Under the pieces are notes generated by a model. The model did not search any database and had not been told where the DNA came from. It saw only the letters and a list, made by a program, of their open reading frames with translations. Shown piece by piece: positions 30,232 through 45,500 of a DNA stretch of 64,000 nucleotides (positions are counted from its first letter, which is position 1; the number at the start of each line of letters is the position of its first letter). The DNA is from Octopus vulgaris (lineage: Eukaryota), in assembly GCA_951406725.2 (NCBI GenBank), contig OX597826.1, forward strand, positions 84,134,001 through 84,198,000, in the 5' to 3' direction. Made by a program: the position numbers and the translations under genes.

Positions 30232-30745
30232 GTATATGTTTGTGTGTTTGTGTTTGTTCCCCTAACATCGCTTGACAACCGATGCTGGTATGTTTACATC
30301 CCTGTAACTTAGTGGTTCAGCAAAAGAGACTGATAGAATAAGTACTAGGCTTACAAAGAATAAGTCCTGGGGTCGATTTGCTCAACTAAAGGTGGTGCTC
30401 CAGTACACCCACAGTCAGATGACTGAAACAAGTAAAAGAGTAAGAGTAACGTTCCCTTCAAGAAGTTACTGTACGTTGTTAATATTTCTTGTGGCTTCCT
30501 TAGTTTGAAGAAGAGCTTCAATGCACCTGTGGTGAGATGCATACAAATCCTTTCCCATCTTCACAGGTCTGAGATACCATTCCCTGTGGCTGAGCTCCTA
30601 CAACTCTTCAAGTTTGCATGAACTCTTCTCTTTAGTTCTATCCGCATTTGCTTGAAGATATTTAAGTTAGGGCTCTGAGCTGGCCAATCTTTCAATACGG
30701 TAACACTTTCATCAGTGGTCAAAATCCTTTCAAAACATAGACGAA
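29705..30745 (-). mobile_element. Tc1/mariner remnant with an inserted SINE
   Basis: TIR-like TACCGTGCAAAAGT at ~29710. Peptide WPAQSPNLNI..ELKRRV (Tc1 WP..SPDLNPIE motif) at ~30620-30700. Confidence 0.7.
30013..30447 (+). mobile_element. SINE family A, full length
   Basis: Head GGAGTGGCTGTGTGGTAAG..GGTTCAGCCC and tail CTGAAACAAGTAAAAGAG. Confidence 0.9.
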
Positions 30746-30959
30746 AGAATGAACACAAATAAATATACAAACTATACAAAGTATCACCCTAAAAATGTAT
30801 CACTTATCAATGCAGTCAATAAAACGCAACAGTTAATGGCTGTGGTGGCAGTACCAGATGACTTGTTGACTTCAGGATCAATTAAGGAGAGTCATGCTTT
30901 AAATGAGATGAAATGGAAAATGTACGACCCATCCTTGACATCTGCTGAATAAAGAGCAA

Positions 30960-31460
30960 AATATTATCTGACACACGTTTCGACAGCACTAATTGTTGGA
31001 TACTGATATGCAATGAGATTTGTATTATTGGTACGATCTCTTGAGGGTGCATGAATTTGACACTGTATAATATGACCAACTCTGAAACCCATCAAATAAC
31101 CATGTGACTACAAAGAATGTAAAATCATTCAAAAGAAAAGTATTCTATAAATAACCACTTCTCAAGGAATTCTACCAACTTCAACAAAAATTGTTACTGG
31201 TGCTGCTGAATTTTACACAAACAATCAGTTATGAAAAATAGCTCATCGATGGATTTACTACTAATAACACCATGCCTAATTCAAAATGATAACGGAGGAA
31301 AATTCCTATTTCAATAGTGTCATATTTATTTATACGCCCTGAAGAGATTGTGCTAATAATGCATAAGTTGTTGTATGCAACAATATGCAATTAATGTAAT
31401 CGAATCACATGTGTCAGAAAATTATTATGCATAAACCAACTGTTAAAAGAGATAAAAATA
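30960..31460. mobile_element. Penelope-like remnant with two oppositely oriented hammerhead-like motifs
   Basis: Minus 30968-31047: CTCAAGA-GATC..GTC-GAAAC-GTGT-GTC. Plus 31337-31417: CTGAAGA-GATTG..TAATC-GAAT-CACATGTG-TC. Confidence 0.55.
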
Positions 31461-31499
31461 ATTGAAGTGGATAATGACAGAACATTCATCTGCGGATCC

Positions 31500-31760
31500 A
31501 TTGAGAGTTCTTTGGGCCTCCAAATATTGTTATGTCATTATTTTGCTGCCCTTAACAAAATCATAAATCATGGCTTAGACACTTCAGGTTTCGCTTCTCA
31601 GTATGATCTAGCAGGGCTAGACCAAGGGGACGGTAAAAAGCCTGACGGTATGACAGTTTTCCCACTCGGAGTCGGTAGGGCCTTTATATGGGAGGACAAA
31701 TGCTGTGTCACCTTATACTTCAGCAGCTTGGTGTGTTTAGATACCAGCCCACATAAAAGA
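31500..31760 (+). pseudogene. Restriction-like endonuclease domain fragment of a CRE-type non-LTR retrotransposon
   Basis: ALNKII..L......GLDQGDGKKPDGMTVFP..GRAFIW resembles the GL.R.DGKRPDG.T..PW..G..L.WD motif. Confidence 0.7.
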
Positions 31761-32523
31761 AGCCCTTGCCGATGACGTGTGAAGATAACTCTTGGTAGTA
31801 ACCCATAAAAAGCATCTGAGCTGGTGACGCTTAAGGGACACTCAGTACCCTTTGTGGATTAGTTGGCATTAGAAACCAAGCCAGAACAAACGAATGGGAC
31901 CTGTACCAGTTCTGCTTAACAGTTCCAATTAAACCGTCTAACACATAGCATAAATGAAAAGGGACATTAAATGATGATGGTGATGATGATGAGGAGGACG
32001 AGGAAGAAGGGGAGGTGGCAGGGGAAAGAAAATTGAAAACAACTATCAAATGAATTCTATTAAAATTCTTCACTTACAATTAACGTGAAAATGTTGATCT
32101 TCTCTGAATATTTCGCCAATAATGAAACTGCATGTCACATTTCCAGAATAATCCAATAAAGTTAATGTTGCGATGTTGCTGAAAGTTCTTCCATCAGAAG
32201 ACTTGTTCTCACGGACATTGCTAAATTTCAAAAGTTTCTGAGAAAGGAAAATATGACGAATTACACAGGCGCAAGAGTATCTGTGTGGTAAGAAGCTTGC
32301 TTCGCAACCACATGTTTCCAGGTTTAGTTCCACTGAGGGGTAACTTGGGCAAGCGTCTTCCACTATACTCTTATGCCGACCAATGACTTGTGAAGGGATT
32401 TGATTGATGGAAACTAAAAGAAGCCCACCATGTGTATGTATATGTTTATATATTAAATAAAACAGGATGACTATGATAAATTTTATTTACTGCATATACT
32501 TAATGTATATAAAGATAAACATT

Positions 32524-32817
32524 GCCCTTTTCAAGCCTTGCCTGGTTTCCTGGTTTCTGTGGCGTATGTTCCCCTCCCCCCACTCAGCTGGACGGGACGC
32601 CAGTCCATCGCAGCGTTACTCAAGAAACAGGAAGAAAGAGTGAGAGAAAGTTGTGTCGAAAGAGTACAACAGGGGTCGCCACCACTCCCTGCTGGAGCCT
32701 CGTGGTGCTTTAGGTATTTTTGCTCAATAAACACACACAACGCCGGTCTGGGAATCGAAACCACGATCCTTCGACTGCGAGTCCACTGCCCTAACCACTG
32801 GGCCATTGTGCCTCCAC
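32524..32817 (-). mobile_element. SINE family C, intact copy
   Basis: Colinear with 19400-19564 + 24040-24174 and carries a single TCGCCACC. Confidence 0.9.
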
Positions 32818-33179
32818 ACTTAATGTATATACTTTGTGTATTTCCCCAGGGCTGTCACAGAGTGGGTATGAAACACCTCAGACGTTGACAGGTGAAACAA
32901 CTCACCACCAATCCTATTTAGGAATGATGGACACAGCGTGTTTGATAATTTTTAGAGATTATGTGCACCACCTGTACGCCTGTCTCCATCTCATGTGTTT
33001 CACGCCATGTCTGAGGTGTTTTAAAGCTTCTAAGTCCTTCTCAATTGGTAAAAATAATCAAACTTTAAATCTCTGTAACTATTTTCGAAAATATTTCTGA
33101 AATAATTAAATCAAATTCAGTGCAAAGAATTCCTACAATATACCAAATTTGAAAATTCTCACTTAATTTTATAATTTTA

Positions 33180-33263
33180 CTAGCAGAGATACCCAGCGTT
33201 GTCCGGTTACATTCAATAGAAGAATTAGTTTTTTCTGTTATATATATATATATATATATATGG

Positions 33264-33314
<51 letters not shown>

Positions 33315-35877
33315 TATATGTATGTTAATATAAATACATGAAAGTACATGAAGTTTGTTAAAAAAAGGGGATCATGTATATACCTCCTGGCTGTTGAGAT
33401 TATAACACCTCGTTGTAAACAATGTTCCTTGTTTTTCCTTGTGGAGCATATACAAAAAGGTTTCTTTTGGTTCCTACTCTTGAGCAGCCAACATACAGTT
33501 GCCTATGCGAGAAGCAGGGCTCTTCCAAGAGAAGACCAGCTACAGAGAGGGTTTGACCCTGAGATTTGTTAATGGACATGGCAAAGCTGACACGAAGGGA
33601 GAATTGCAGTCTTCTGAATGTAAATGGAATTTCTGCTCCTGATGGAGTAAGAAGAAATCTTGGAATAAAGACGTCATCACCTTTTCCACATCCAGAAAGA
33701 ATGATCGCCTTGATAACGTGTGATATCATTTTCTTTATCACCAGTTGTGTTCCATTGCAAAGTGTTGGTGGTTCCAGATTGCGGAGTAGCATTACAGGAG
33801 TTCCAACTTTAAGTGGTAATATGTGTGGAGGTAGTCGAGGAGGCTCCAGTGAATTGAGAAATTCAGGAGGATAGTTCACAACTTCATTTATATCCGGAAT
33901 TGTATCAACAGACTTGTAAGTGTGTATAGTGCCGGGAAGAGAATGCATTAGCTGTTGATTAATTTTGTTAACAGTGACGTTTTTTGGAGCTAATATTGCT
34001 CTTTCACACTGCCAATTGTGATTTTGGTAGTTTTGTGTGAAGTTGGGAAAGACTTTGTATTTGAGGTCATCTACAGAATTAACAACAGAGGAAAATGACC
34101 ACACTTCCATTTGTCCTGCAGCATCGAGAGGCATCTTGCCTTCACCAAGTGTCAAAATGTCCTGTGCAAACTTTGTGGACATTTTGTCGCCGTGTAGCTG
34201 AGCTCTCATGTTAGTGGTGAGACTAAAGATTGTAACATGATGCCACAGGGTAGAGGACTTTAGGCATGCTTGAACTTCATCAGCTCTAGTGCCTTTCGGA
34301 ATGACAGGAAGAGTTTGCCTGAAATCACCTGACAACAGAAGCGTTACACCTCCCATTGGAGCCTGACAGTCTCGGATGTCTTTCAGGGCTCTATCTAATG
34401 CTTCCAAAGCTCCCTTGTGAGCCATAGTGCACTCATCCCAGACAATTACATAAACACATTTTAAGTACTTGACCCTGATCAGAGCTTTTGTTGATGTTGC
34501 ATGAAGGCATTTCGGATGCTGCTAAATTGAGAGGGAGTTTAAAAGTTAAGTGTGCTGTCCTGCTACCGTGTAACAAAGTAGCTGCAATGTCAGAGGAGGC
34601 TACAGCTACTGCAATGTCCTGATGCTACCTAACTTCTGCAAGGAGAAGCTTTGTAATAAATGTTTTTCCTGTCCCTCCAGGAGCATCGAGGAAGAAGATT
34701 CGTCCCTCGCGTTGGCGTACACTGTTAAGAATAGTTCTGTAGGCCTGCAGCTGGTCCGGAAGTAATTTAGGCTCATTTTCAACAATGTACTTTGAAAGCA
34801 CTTGAGTGTCGTAGGTTGTTTCACGAATGACAGCAGTAGGAAGGCTATTTGACCCTGACCTGAATGCTTGTGGCAGGCCATACGTCGACAATTCATTTCC
34901 ACCCAGTTTAGCAATTCTGTCTTCAACGTCAATGAGTGTTTTGTTATAGATTTCATTGCTGATACCCTCCATGTCAGGATAGAGCAGTTGAGCTTGGTGC
35001 TGAAGGGGACAATGTTTTTTAGATTCCGGTTCGAATGTAAGGCAGGTTTGAAAGTGTTCCCAACAGTTATTAGTTGTAGTGGTAGAGTGTTTATGCCGAA
35101 TATGTACGTATGCATGTATATATATGTATGTATGCCTGTATATATGTACAAATCCACTGAGAAGGCTTTTGTTGGTCTGAAGCTACAGCAGAAGACACAT
35201 GCCAAGTCACCACACAGTGGGACTGAACCCAGGACTATGTGTTTGGAACGTAGTTTGTTACCACACAGCCACACCTGCCCCTATGTGTGTGTGTGTGTGT
35301 GTGCGTATGTGTGTATGGGTAGATATATTATGCATGTATATATGTGTATATATATGTGTACATATTACATGTACATCTATATATATACATCTACACATAA
35401 AATACAAAATACAAAGTTTTATCTTGATATTGCTAGTGATAACAATACTCAAAATATATAACAGACTGGAATTGTAGGCCCGTCTCTTGCAATTACGATC
35501 AATTGGATCTTGTCCTCCCTCTTATATAGAAGTGTACGGCTGCAGCGAAATTCATTTTTGGACTTTCTTCTATCGAAGGCATTTTAACAAAAATGCTTCT
35601 GTAAAGACGGTAAAAATATTGTCAATTTTCCCAAACAGGGACACAATTCAATTTTTAAACAATAACCAAAGCCCCTTCTCCGAAAGGGGGAGGGTTACGG
35701 TTTACAATTATTTAACAAATGCAACACAACAACATTTCCCTGACGAGGAACCAACAAACGTGATTACAATAGTCAAACAGTAATAATAATAACAACAAAC
35801 CTTTTTAATTTATCCCCATTTATGTGAAACCACTTATTCAAGTTCAAGTCATTGATGCAATTTTATACGAATTGCTA

Positions 35878-35944
<67 letters not shown>

Positions 35945-36343
35945 AGGGTGAAAAATTGATTATTAATTTGATTAATATGAATTGAAGACCATAGCGGATC
36001 TTCCTCTAGTAAAAAGGATGACCACTATTAATGGCTCATCCCTGTTATATAACACTTTCACTTTAATAGTTTCCCACTTGCAAAGAGAAAGTAGGAGAAA
36101 GTGTGGTGGTAATAGCAGGAGTAAACCACTTGAAATGAGAGAGGCAAATCGTAAAATATTGAGTTTTCTCGAATTTTTGCTTAATTGGGGGTTAAATTGA
36201 AAGAACTTTATATGCCATGACCCAATCGAATCTACTTTGAAAAATCATAGGTAAATTCCAATTGAAGAAATTCTATATTGTAGAATTGTATTAAAAAGGA
36301 ACATGGGAACAGGGAGAGAAAATCTACCTTTTATCATAAGAGA
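33180..36343 (-). mobile_element. Helitron, internally deleted, with Pif1-like helicase remnant
   Basis: 5' A|TCTCTTATGATAAAAGG at 36343; 3' hairpin CCGGACAACGCTGGG then CTAG|T at 33180; helicase motifs between. Confidence 0.85.
33400..35080 (-). pseudogene. Helitron Pif1 (SF1B) helicase domain, with stops and frameshifts
   Basis: DAPGGTGKTF, WDECTM, GDFRQTLPV, AILAPKN, LLRNL..LCNGT, FAMSINKSQGQT, QLYV.CSRV. Confidence 0.95.
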
Positions 36344-36710
36344 TGAATTGTGAACAAGACAGAAAATATGTGCCATATAGAAAGAAATAAAACAATATTC
36401 CATTGACTTAAATTTCCATCGAAACACTCGATTGATGTGAGAGGAAGGGAATTCCTCGCTATTATTTTGTATTCGCAGCTTCTGTTTGTGATTTCAATTT
36501 TCGGTTTCACTGTAATATATGTTACAAACATGCTTATGAACTGTAAAGAGAGTTGATACCGTTTACAAATAATGTCGTCTCTATTTTCTGTTTTTTATTG
36601 TCTTTTATGTGATTCAGATATTTGACTGCAGCCATATGGGACATTTGAAAAAGTTTAGTTGAAGAAATAAAATCCAATCCTATGTACCTATATATGTATG
36701 TGAGTGTATA

Positions 36711-39700
36711 TTGATTGATTCTGATTGATTGATTCTAGTTTCAGCTCACGAGCTGTGGCCATGCTGGGGCACCGCCATTTGGTGTTGCTACATGGTTTTA
36801 CTTCACGAATGCTTTTTAGCAACTGCCATTTGGTGCATGAGAGAGTTCGATGCAGCTGCCCTCATCTGCACCTCCTGCCGTGAAGTTGGTTCATCTGGGA
36901 TACCTGACAAGAAGAGATCCAGTTTCATTTTAAAAACATCTGCATCCACCCCATGCAGGTTTCTTAGGTCCTTCGGGAGGATATTGAAGAGCTGTGGGCC
37001 TCGGAAGCCCAGGCTATCACAGTATCTTGTCCTACATCTTGATGGCAAATTTGGAGTCCAAGGCACCACGCAGTGGCGCCCAGTTCTGGCATTTGTGTAA
37101 CTCTCGATGCCAAAGTTTGGGACAAGTCCTTCCAGGATCTTCCAGATGTATATTATGGCATATCTTTCTCGCCTATGCTCCAAGGAATAGAGTTTTAATC
37201 TCTTGAGTCTTTCCCAGTAGCTTACATTCCGCACAGAGGCTATCTTCTTCGTGTAGCTACGTTGGATCGCCTCAAGTTCTGTGATCAACTTGACACTGGA
37301 TGGTGACCATAGCTGAGAGCAATAGTCAAAATGGCTTAGGACAAGTGTCCTCCAGAGGACCATCATGGTTTCTTGTTCTCCTGTTCTAAAGGTTCTGAGA
37401 ATCCATCCGGCCAGTCGTCTACATTTCATTGCCAATTTAGCAACATGTACACGAATGGTTGCGTCATCACTCATGTAAATACCCAGGTCACGCACTGATT
37501 GTGCCTCTGGGATTGCAATTCCTCCGGGTCCAGTGTATTCATTGGGTATTGCATTTAGTTTTGCATGCTGATAGCATAAAGCTTGAAACTTTTCAGCATT
37601 GAACTGCATGCTATTCTTTTCAGCCCACTTGTATATTTTGTCCAGCTCACATTGCAGGCGTTTAGTGTCCTCAGGGTTCTGTATTGCCTGTGAAACTTTT
37701 GTATCATCTGCATAACTTTTGATCGTGGTTCTCTGCATGGCTGAGGGCATGTCTGAGAGGGCCATTATGAACAGTAGTGGTCCCAAAACAGTGCCCTGCG
37801 GAACACCACTCACTACTACCACCTGACTTCTATCTTTCAGAAAGTCATGAAGCCATTCTCCCAGTTTTCCAACTATGCTAAGATCACGCAGTTTGTGACA
37901 TATCATTCCATGATCGACTTTATCAAAGGCCTTTGCAAAGTCGAGATATATCACTTCCACATTTGAGTGGTTGAGCAGTCATTTCAGCACCCAGTCATAG
38001 TGTTGTAGGAGCTGAGTTAAGCAGCTTCTTCCTGGTCGGAAACCATGTTGGGTGTCAGGCAGCAAGTCATTTTCTTCAAGGAAGGTGATCAGTTTCCTTC
38101 TGACTATTCGTTCCATGACCTTGCTGATGTGTGAGGTCAGAGAGATAGGTCTGTAGTTCTTGGCCTCCGCTCTGCTACCTCCTTTATGAATAGGGCATAT
38201 TTTACCTTCCTTCAGTTTTCTTGGAAGTTTGCCAGCTGCAAGGAAGCTCTGAAAGAGGAACTGCAGTGGTCTTGCTAGGACTCTCTTACATACTTTTAGG
38301 AGGATTGCCGGGAATCCATCGGGGCCAGTAGCTGAGTCTGTTTTCATTTCATCTATAGCCTTTCTTACATCGTCTTCCTTTATATCCATGTAATCTATCG
38401 TCGCCGCCTCTGATTTTATATCTGCAGTGGTAAAGAAGTCAGTTGGATTGTGATTTGGAAATGCCCAAGGGGTGGAGTGAAAACACTCTTGAATTGCTCA
38501 TTCAGTATTTCACTTACCCTCATTGGTTTTCCTGTGAGTGAGCCATCCTTTTCAACGAGTGGCCCTATCCTACAGTGCACCGTAGCTATTTCTTTGGCAT
38601 ACCTGTAGAAAGCTCTGGGGTTAGATTTTATGTTGTCTATAGCCCAGGCTTCTTTGTCTGCTCTTTCCTTTTCATGGGAGAGTTGCAGACATTTTTCAAT
38701 TTCCAACAGTTTTATTTTCAGGCGGGACTTTTCACTGCTTTCAATTTGTTTGTTTAGGCGATTTGAAATTTTTGTACGCCGTCTCATTAAAATTTTCCTC
38801 TCTCTGGGGATTTTGTTCTTGTGTACAGTGGCCTTTCTCTCTGGGACACATTTGTAGCATATGGCTTGCATTACAGATATGAATTGTTGAAGTTTCACGT
38901 CGATGTCTGGCGAGGAGAGACATTCAGGCCAGTTTTGTTTGAGAATCTCTTTCTCAATTTGTTTCCAGTTTGCCTTATGGAAGTTCAAGCTAGAAAGATT
39001 CTGAGGGTTTCTTGTAGGCTGCATGTCCATGCTTTCCTTTGGCCCGTACATGGTTGGCTCTACCATGTTGTGATCCGAGAGTAGTGTCGGTGTCACTTTC
39101 ACATTATGGATGAGATCCATATTATTTGTGAAGCAGAGATCCAGTGTGTTACCTGCCCTGGTTGGTTGGAGTATTACTTGCTCCATGTACAGGGTGTTGA
39201 TGAGGTTCAAGAGGGACGTCGCCTGTCCTCGTTCACATCTTGTCATTCCTGGGAGAGAAAGACCCTCGGGCCATCTGACATTGGGTAGATTGAAGTCTCC
39301 CATAAGTACACTTATGTGTTGTTCTAATGTGATTAGAACTTCTATTTTTATAAGGCAGTCTTCAAACTTGCCTACATGGCTTGGGGCATCTGGAGGGCGA
39401 TATGTAGCACACACAACTACATCAAGTTGCCTTATATGTACAATTAGTGTGTCACACACCGAGTTTGAGTATGACAAAAGGACTTGGGGTGTGAGGTCCT
39501 CACGGATGTACATAGCAACTCCTCCATGATTCCTTTCTTTTCTGTCGGTCCGTAGTACAACATACTGTGGTATGTGTAATTCCGCATCTGCTATGTCCGG
39601 TTTCAGGTGCGTTTCCGTAAGTGCTATGCATAAGGCTTGATTGCATGCAACAAAGTCTCTCAAGAACGGGATTTTTGTCCTGTTACTGAGTGTTTGCAGT

Positions 39701-40575
39701 CCTCTGATGTTCAGTAGGAGCATCGAGGTGAGGTGTATGCTGTTGCCGGCGGTGTCCACCTTGGGTCTATTTGCTGTGGTGGTCTTGTATATTGTGGGTA
39801 GTCCCATCTGCGAGCTTGGGTTTGATGAAGCCAGGTTAGCTGCTGTACAATTTTTGTGCCATGCACAAAAAAGATTCTTGTTCAGCAGCTGCCCTTTCAA
39901 CATCATGTTGGCGGTTTGTGGCACGCACCACATCTGCGTACCTCCGTTTTGGGGCAGGTGGTGCGTGGTCCATCCCTTTTCCTTTTGTTAGTTTGTTTCT
40001 GATCTGTTTCGTGTCTCTGCGGCAGGGTCCCCGATGTACAAAACGGCAGCCTGCACCTTCCTCTCCATGCCAGCAGGTACCTCTCAGGTAGAACCTACAC
40101 ACCCGTGTGCGCTGTTTGTTTCCATCCTTTTTGGTATATGGATAGTCAGTTTTACTTCTATTCTTGGCTGTTTCATTTTTTGGTTTTGTTTGAGTTTTTC
40201 TTTTAGTTTTTCCTCCTTTTATTTCTTCTTTGGGTTCTTCATCTCCATGGCTTTTGGTGCTGGTAGGAGCACTTGCACTTGGGTTTCCTTCCCGGGCAGG
40301 TTTCTCACTTGAAACCTCTTCCCGGATGTCTACTAGGTGGGGGTGACTTCTTTCATCAGCACCCGTGTCTCTATCCTTGCCATCTTTACTTTGTTCGTTC
40401 TCATGTGAGATCTCATAAGTGCATAGGAGCGTATAAACTCCTGCTTCTTCCGCTTTATCTGAGCTATTGTCCTTTTATAACTACTGCTCTTCAGCGCAGC
40501 TGTAATTATATTGTTAGGATTATCTCCATCGGCGCATTTCGTCACGTCTCCAGGTTCTGGACATGTTGGATATTT
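36711..40575 (-). mobile_element. Near full-length CR1/L2-group LINE (ORF1-like + APE-RT ORF2, a few disruptions)
   Basis: APE motifs (LNIRGL, LTETHL, GGVAMYI, YRPP, MGDFN, SDHN), RT motifs ([24 protein letters not shown]), 3' hairpin tail and (AATC)n. Confidence 0.95.
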
Positions 40576-40660
40576 TATTTATTTATCTATCTAATTATGT
40601 TTAATACATACATACATACATATATATATGTTTAATACATACATACATACATATATATAT

Positions 40661-40753
40661 GTGAAGTGAAACCAAGTAGCAACACCAAATGGCGGTGCCC
40701 CAGCATGGCCACAGCTCATAAGCTGAAACTAGAATCAATGATGCAATCAATCA

Positions 40754-40756
<3 letters not shown>
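40661..40756 (+). mobile_element. Very short 3'-end copy of the same LINE family as 36711-40575
   Basis: GTAGCAACACCAAATGGCGGTGCCCCAGCATGGCCACAGCTCATAAGCTGAAACTAGAATC(AATC)n. Confidence 0.85.
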
Positions 40757-42073
<1,317 letters not shown>

Positions 42074-42094
42074 CTAGTTTCAGCTTATGAGCTG

Positions 42095-44680
42095 AAACAT
42101 ACTAGTGATGGGTGATTTTAACCTCCCTTATGTGAACTGGCCCACAAATACTCTGAAGTTAGGCAAATGCTCTACATCAGATAGAGCAGCAGCAGAACTG
42201 CTCTTTAATCTAATGGATGAATACTTGCTGACTCAGCTAGTGCTCGAACCAACGAGACAGAATAAAACGATCTTGGATCTAGTATTGACCAATCACTCTA
42301 GCTTCGTTCACAGTATTTCAGTTGAAAAAACTATCCTCTCAGACCACGACATGATACTCTGCAATTTCAATTCCCGACATATAAAAACCAAACCAGCCAA
42401 TACCACTCCATGGCACTCATTTGACAACATAAACTTCCACAAAGCGGACTGGGGAGCAACCAGAAAGGATCTGTCTTGCATCGACTTGTCTTTCACTCTC
42501 AATTCCATCCATACTGAGACCGCATGGCAGCACTTTGAAAACATTGTCACCTATACATGCGCTAAACACGCTCCCATGAAATCTACTAACACAAACAGAA
42601 ACCGGCTCCCTAAAAAGAAAAAAACACTCATCAGGCGCATCAAAAGACTCAACAAACAAAATCAACCAATTAAAATATTCCCACATACAACATCCAAATT
42701 CAACAACAATGAAAAGGCTAGAGCTGGAAAAACTTCATCTACAGAACGACATGAAAACCTCCATTGAAAATCAAAGAGCTGTGGAGGAACAGTGGGTAAT
42801 CAAAAACATCAAACAGAACCCAAAAGTGTTCTATTCTTATGCAAATAAGCATAGAACCACTGTCTCACCCATTGGGCCATTGATTGATGATAACGGCATT
42901 CCCCAACACGATACTAAAGAAATGGCAGAAATACTGCAGAAATAATATTGCTTTGTCTGATATTGACACAAGAGAAGCGACCGAAGTTGACCCTCAACAT
43001 AAAATCTCAGACATAACCTTCACTGCCACTGACATCACAGCAGCAATAAATGAGATCAAATACTACTCTGCTGTAGGCCCTGATAGATTCCCTGCTAGTC
43101 TCCTGAAGGAATGTAGACACCAACTTGCAGTCCCTCTGACCAACCTCTGGAGAAATTCGTTAGACGCAGGTTATATACCGAAACAGTTTCTATCCCAGTC
43201 AGTCATCCCGGTTTTCAAACAGGGAAACAGATCCCTCGCACTCAACTATCGCCCAATCTCACTCACCTCCCACATCATCAAAGTGTTTGAAAGAGTGTTA
43301 AGATCAAGGATACCTGACTTCCTGGAGACCCACAAACTCCTAAATGCAAATCAGCATGGCTTTCGCTGAGGCAGGGACTGTCTAACACAGCTCTTACACC
43401 ACATTGAAGATGTACTCAAAGCCTTGGGAACAGGTTCGAACTCTGATGTCATATATCTTGACTTCAGTAAAGCGTTCGACAGGGTAGACCATAATATCCT
43501 ACTCTCAAAATTGGCAAATGTTGGAATCCGTGGAAAAGTTCTACACTAGATCAAGTATTTCCAGGCGAATATAACACAACATGTTGTAGTTGATGGAGTC
43601 CACTCAAGCCCAGCATAAGTCACCAGCGGTGTCCCCCAGGGGACTATTTTGGGTCTGCTACTCTTCATAATTTACATAAACGACCTTTCCAGTGTCGTAC
43701 ATTACTGCAAAGTGAAAATATTTGCTGATGACACTAAGCTCCAGCAAATCGTCAATGAAGAAGCAGACCGAACTCAACTCCAGTCTGATCTATATGCTGT
43801 GAGTCAATGGGCACACAGAGACAAAATGCAACTGAACAAGGGAAAATTTGAGTTGATGCATTTTGGAAGAAATTCCTCAATAAAAGGGGAACCGCTTACA
43901 GCCTCTAACAATATCAGACCTGGGTGTAATTGTTGATGACGATCTCAGTTGGAGTGCACACATCAACAAGAAGGTCGATATAGCACGTAGGATGAGTTCC
44001 TGGTTCCTAAGAACTTTCCGGTCCAGAGAACAAGGTGTCATCATACCACTTTTCTCCTCCTTTGTACGGCCACACCTCGAATACTGCTGCCCACTGTGGT
44101 CTCTTCACACAAGACAAAACATCTCCAGAATTGAGTCACCCCAGAGGGCACTCACTAAACGAATTGAAGGCATGGCTGCTGTCGATTATTGGGATCGCCT
44201 TAAAGCCTTGAACCTTTACTCCCTCCAGCATCGCCGTGAGCGGTACATCATTTGTATGATGTGGAAAATATACCGCCAACTAAGCCCAAACGACCTAAAC
44301 ATTAGCTTCAAGGTTCATCCAAGACTTGGACCACGGGCTATACGTCCCCTGCCCAATTCAAGATCACAACATACATGTACACTGCAACATAATTTCTTTT
44401 CCTCAACAGGCCCTGCCCTATTTAACATTGTCCCGAAAGAGATCAAAGAGGAACAGGATCCCATCAACTTTAAACGGAGTCTGGATAGATTCCTTCAAGG
44501 AATACCAGATAAGCCACCCATAATTGGATACAACTCACCCAACAAAAACTCACTACTTGAATGGACCATAAACAAAACTTGACTTAAACAGGATTCAAAT
44601 AATCCTATCAGGTGGTGCTATTAAGTTAGACATGGCCTGGACCAATCTTTGGTCGAAACATATCAAGGTTTATCTAAGTT
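42095..44680 (+). mobile_element. CR1/L2-group LINE, second family, 5'-truncated and decayed; preceded by an inverted 3'-tail fragment of another family (42034-42094)
   Basis: [44 protein letters not shown] and RPHLEYC with stops. 3' GGTGGTGC..CATGGCC..GAAAC. Confidence 0.9.
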
Positions 44681-44896
44681 TATATACAAACATACAAACA
44701 TGTATATACAAATATATATATACAGACATATATACAAATATATATATATACAGACATATATATATACAAATATATATATACAAACATATATATATATATA
44801 CAAACATATATACAAACACATATATACAAATATATATACAAACATATATACACAAATATATATACAAACATATACATACAAATATATATACAAACA

Positions 44897-45500
44897 TATG
44901 ACCCTCTCCGTAACCTTCATTACCTGATCCAACAGCTTGATACCTCTGTATTTATTTGTATCTAAAGCGTCACCTTTACCTTTGTAGCAGTTGACTATTA
45001 TGCTGCTACACCAGTCATTGGGTATGACTCCTTCGTGTATCAACTGGTTAACTATACGGGTGACTAGGCTATAACCAACACTGCCAGATATTTTGAGCCT
45101 CTCTGCAGTAATTCCTGATGGACCTGGGGCTTTCCCTGTCTTCATACTTCTAATTATCTTATCTACCAAAGAACTGTCAACTCGGATAGCTGGTCCCTCA
45201 GTTGGGTCGACATTCGGCAGACTCTCTTTCTCCCATTCATTGTCTTTATTCAGCAACCTTTCATAGTGGCGTCTCCAAACCTCTCTCTTTGCAGCCACAT
45301 TTAGCGCAAGTGAACCATTATCCATGCGAACACATTTCTCTCCTACCACATCACGATTCTCTCTCACACACTGTCTTGCAACACGAAATATCTCAAGTCT
45401 TTTGTCCTCACAGCGCAGAACATTGGCAAATTTTTTCTTATCTGCTTCTCCTATGGCTAAATAAACCTGCCTCCTAGCTTCCCTTCTGGCAGTCTGACAC
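44897..45500 (-). mobile_element. RTE LINE internal fragment (same family as 14040-17473)
   Basis: Peptide very similar to that of ~14940-15535 ([41 protein letters not shown]). Confidence 0.9.

Noticed and set aside
33400-34425. Host PIF1 helicase gene
   Set aside because: Intronless, disrupted and bounded by Helitron termini.
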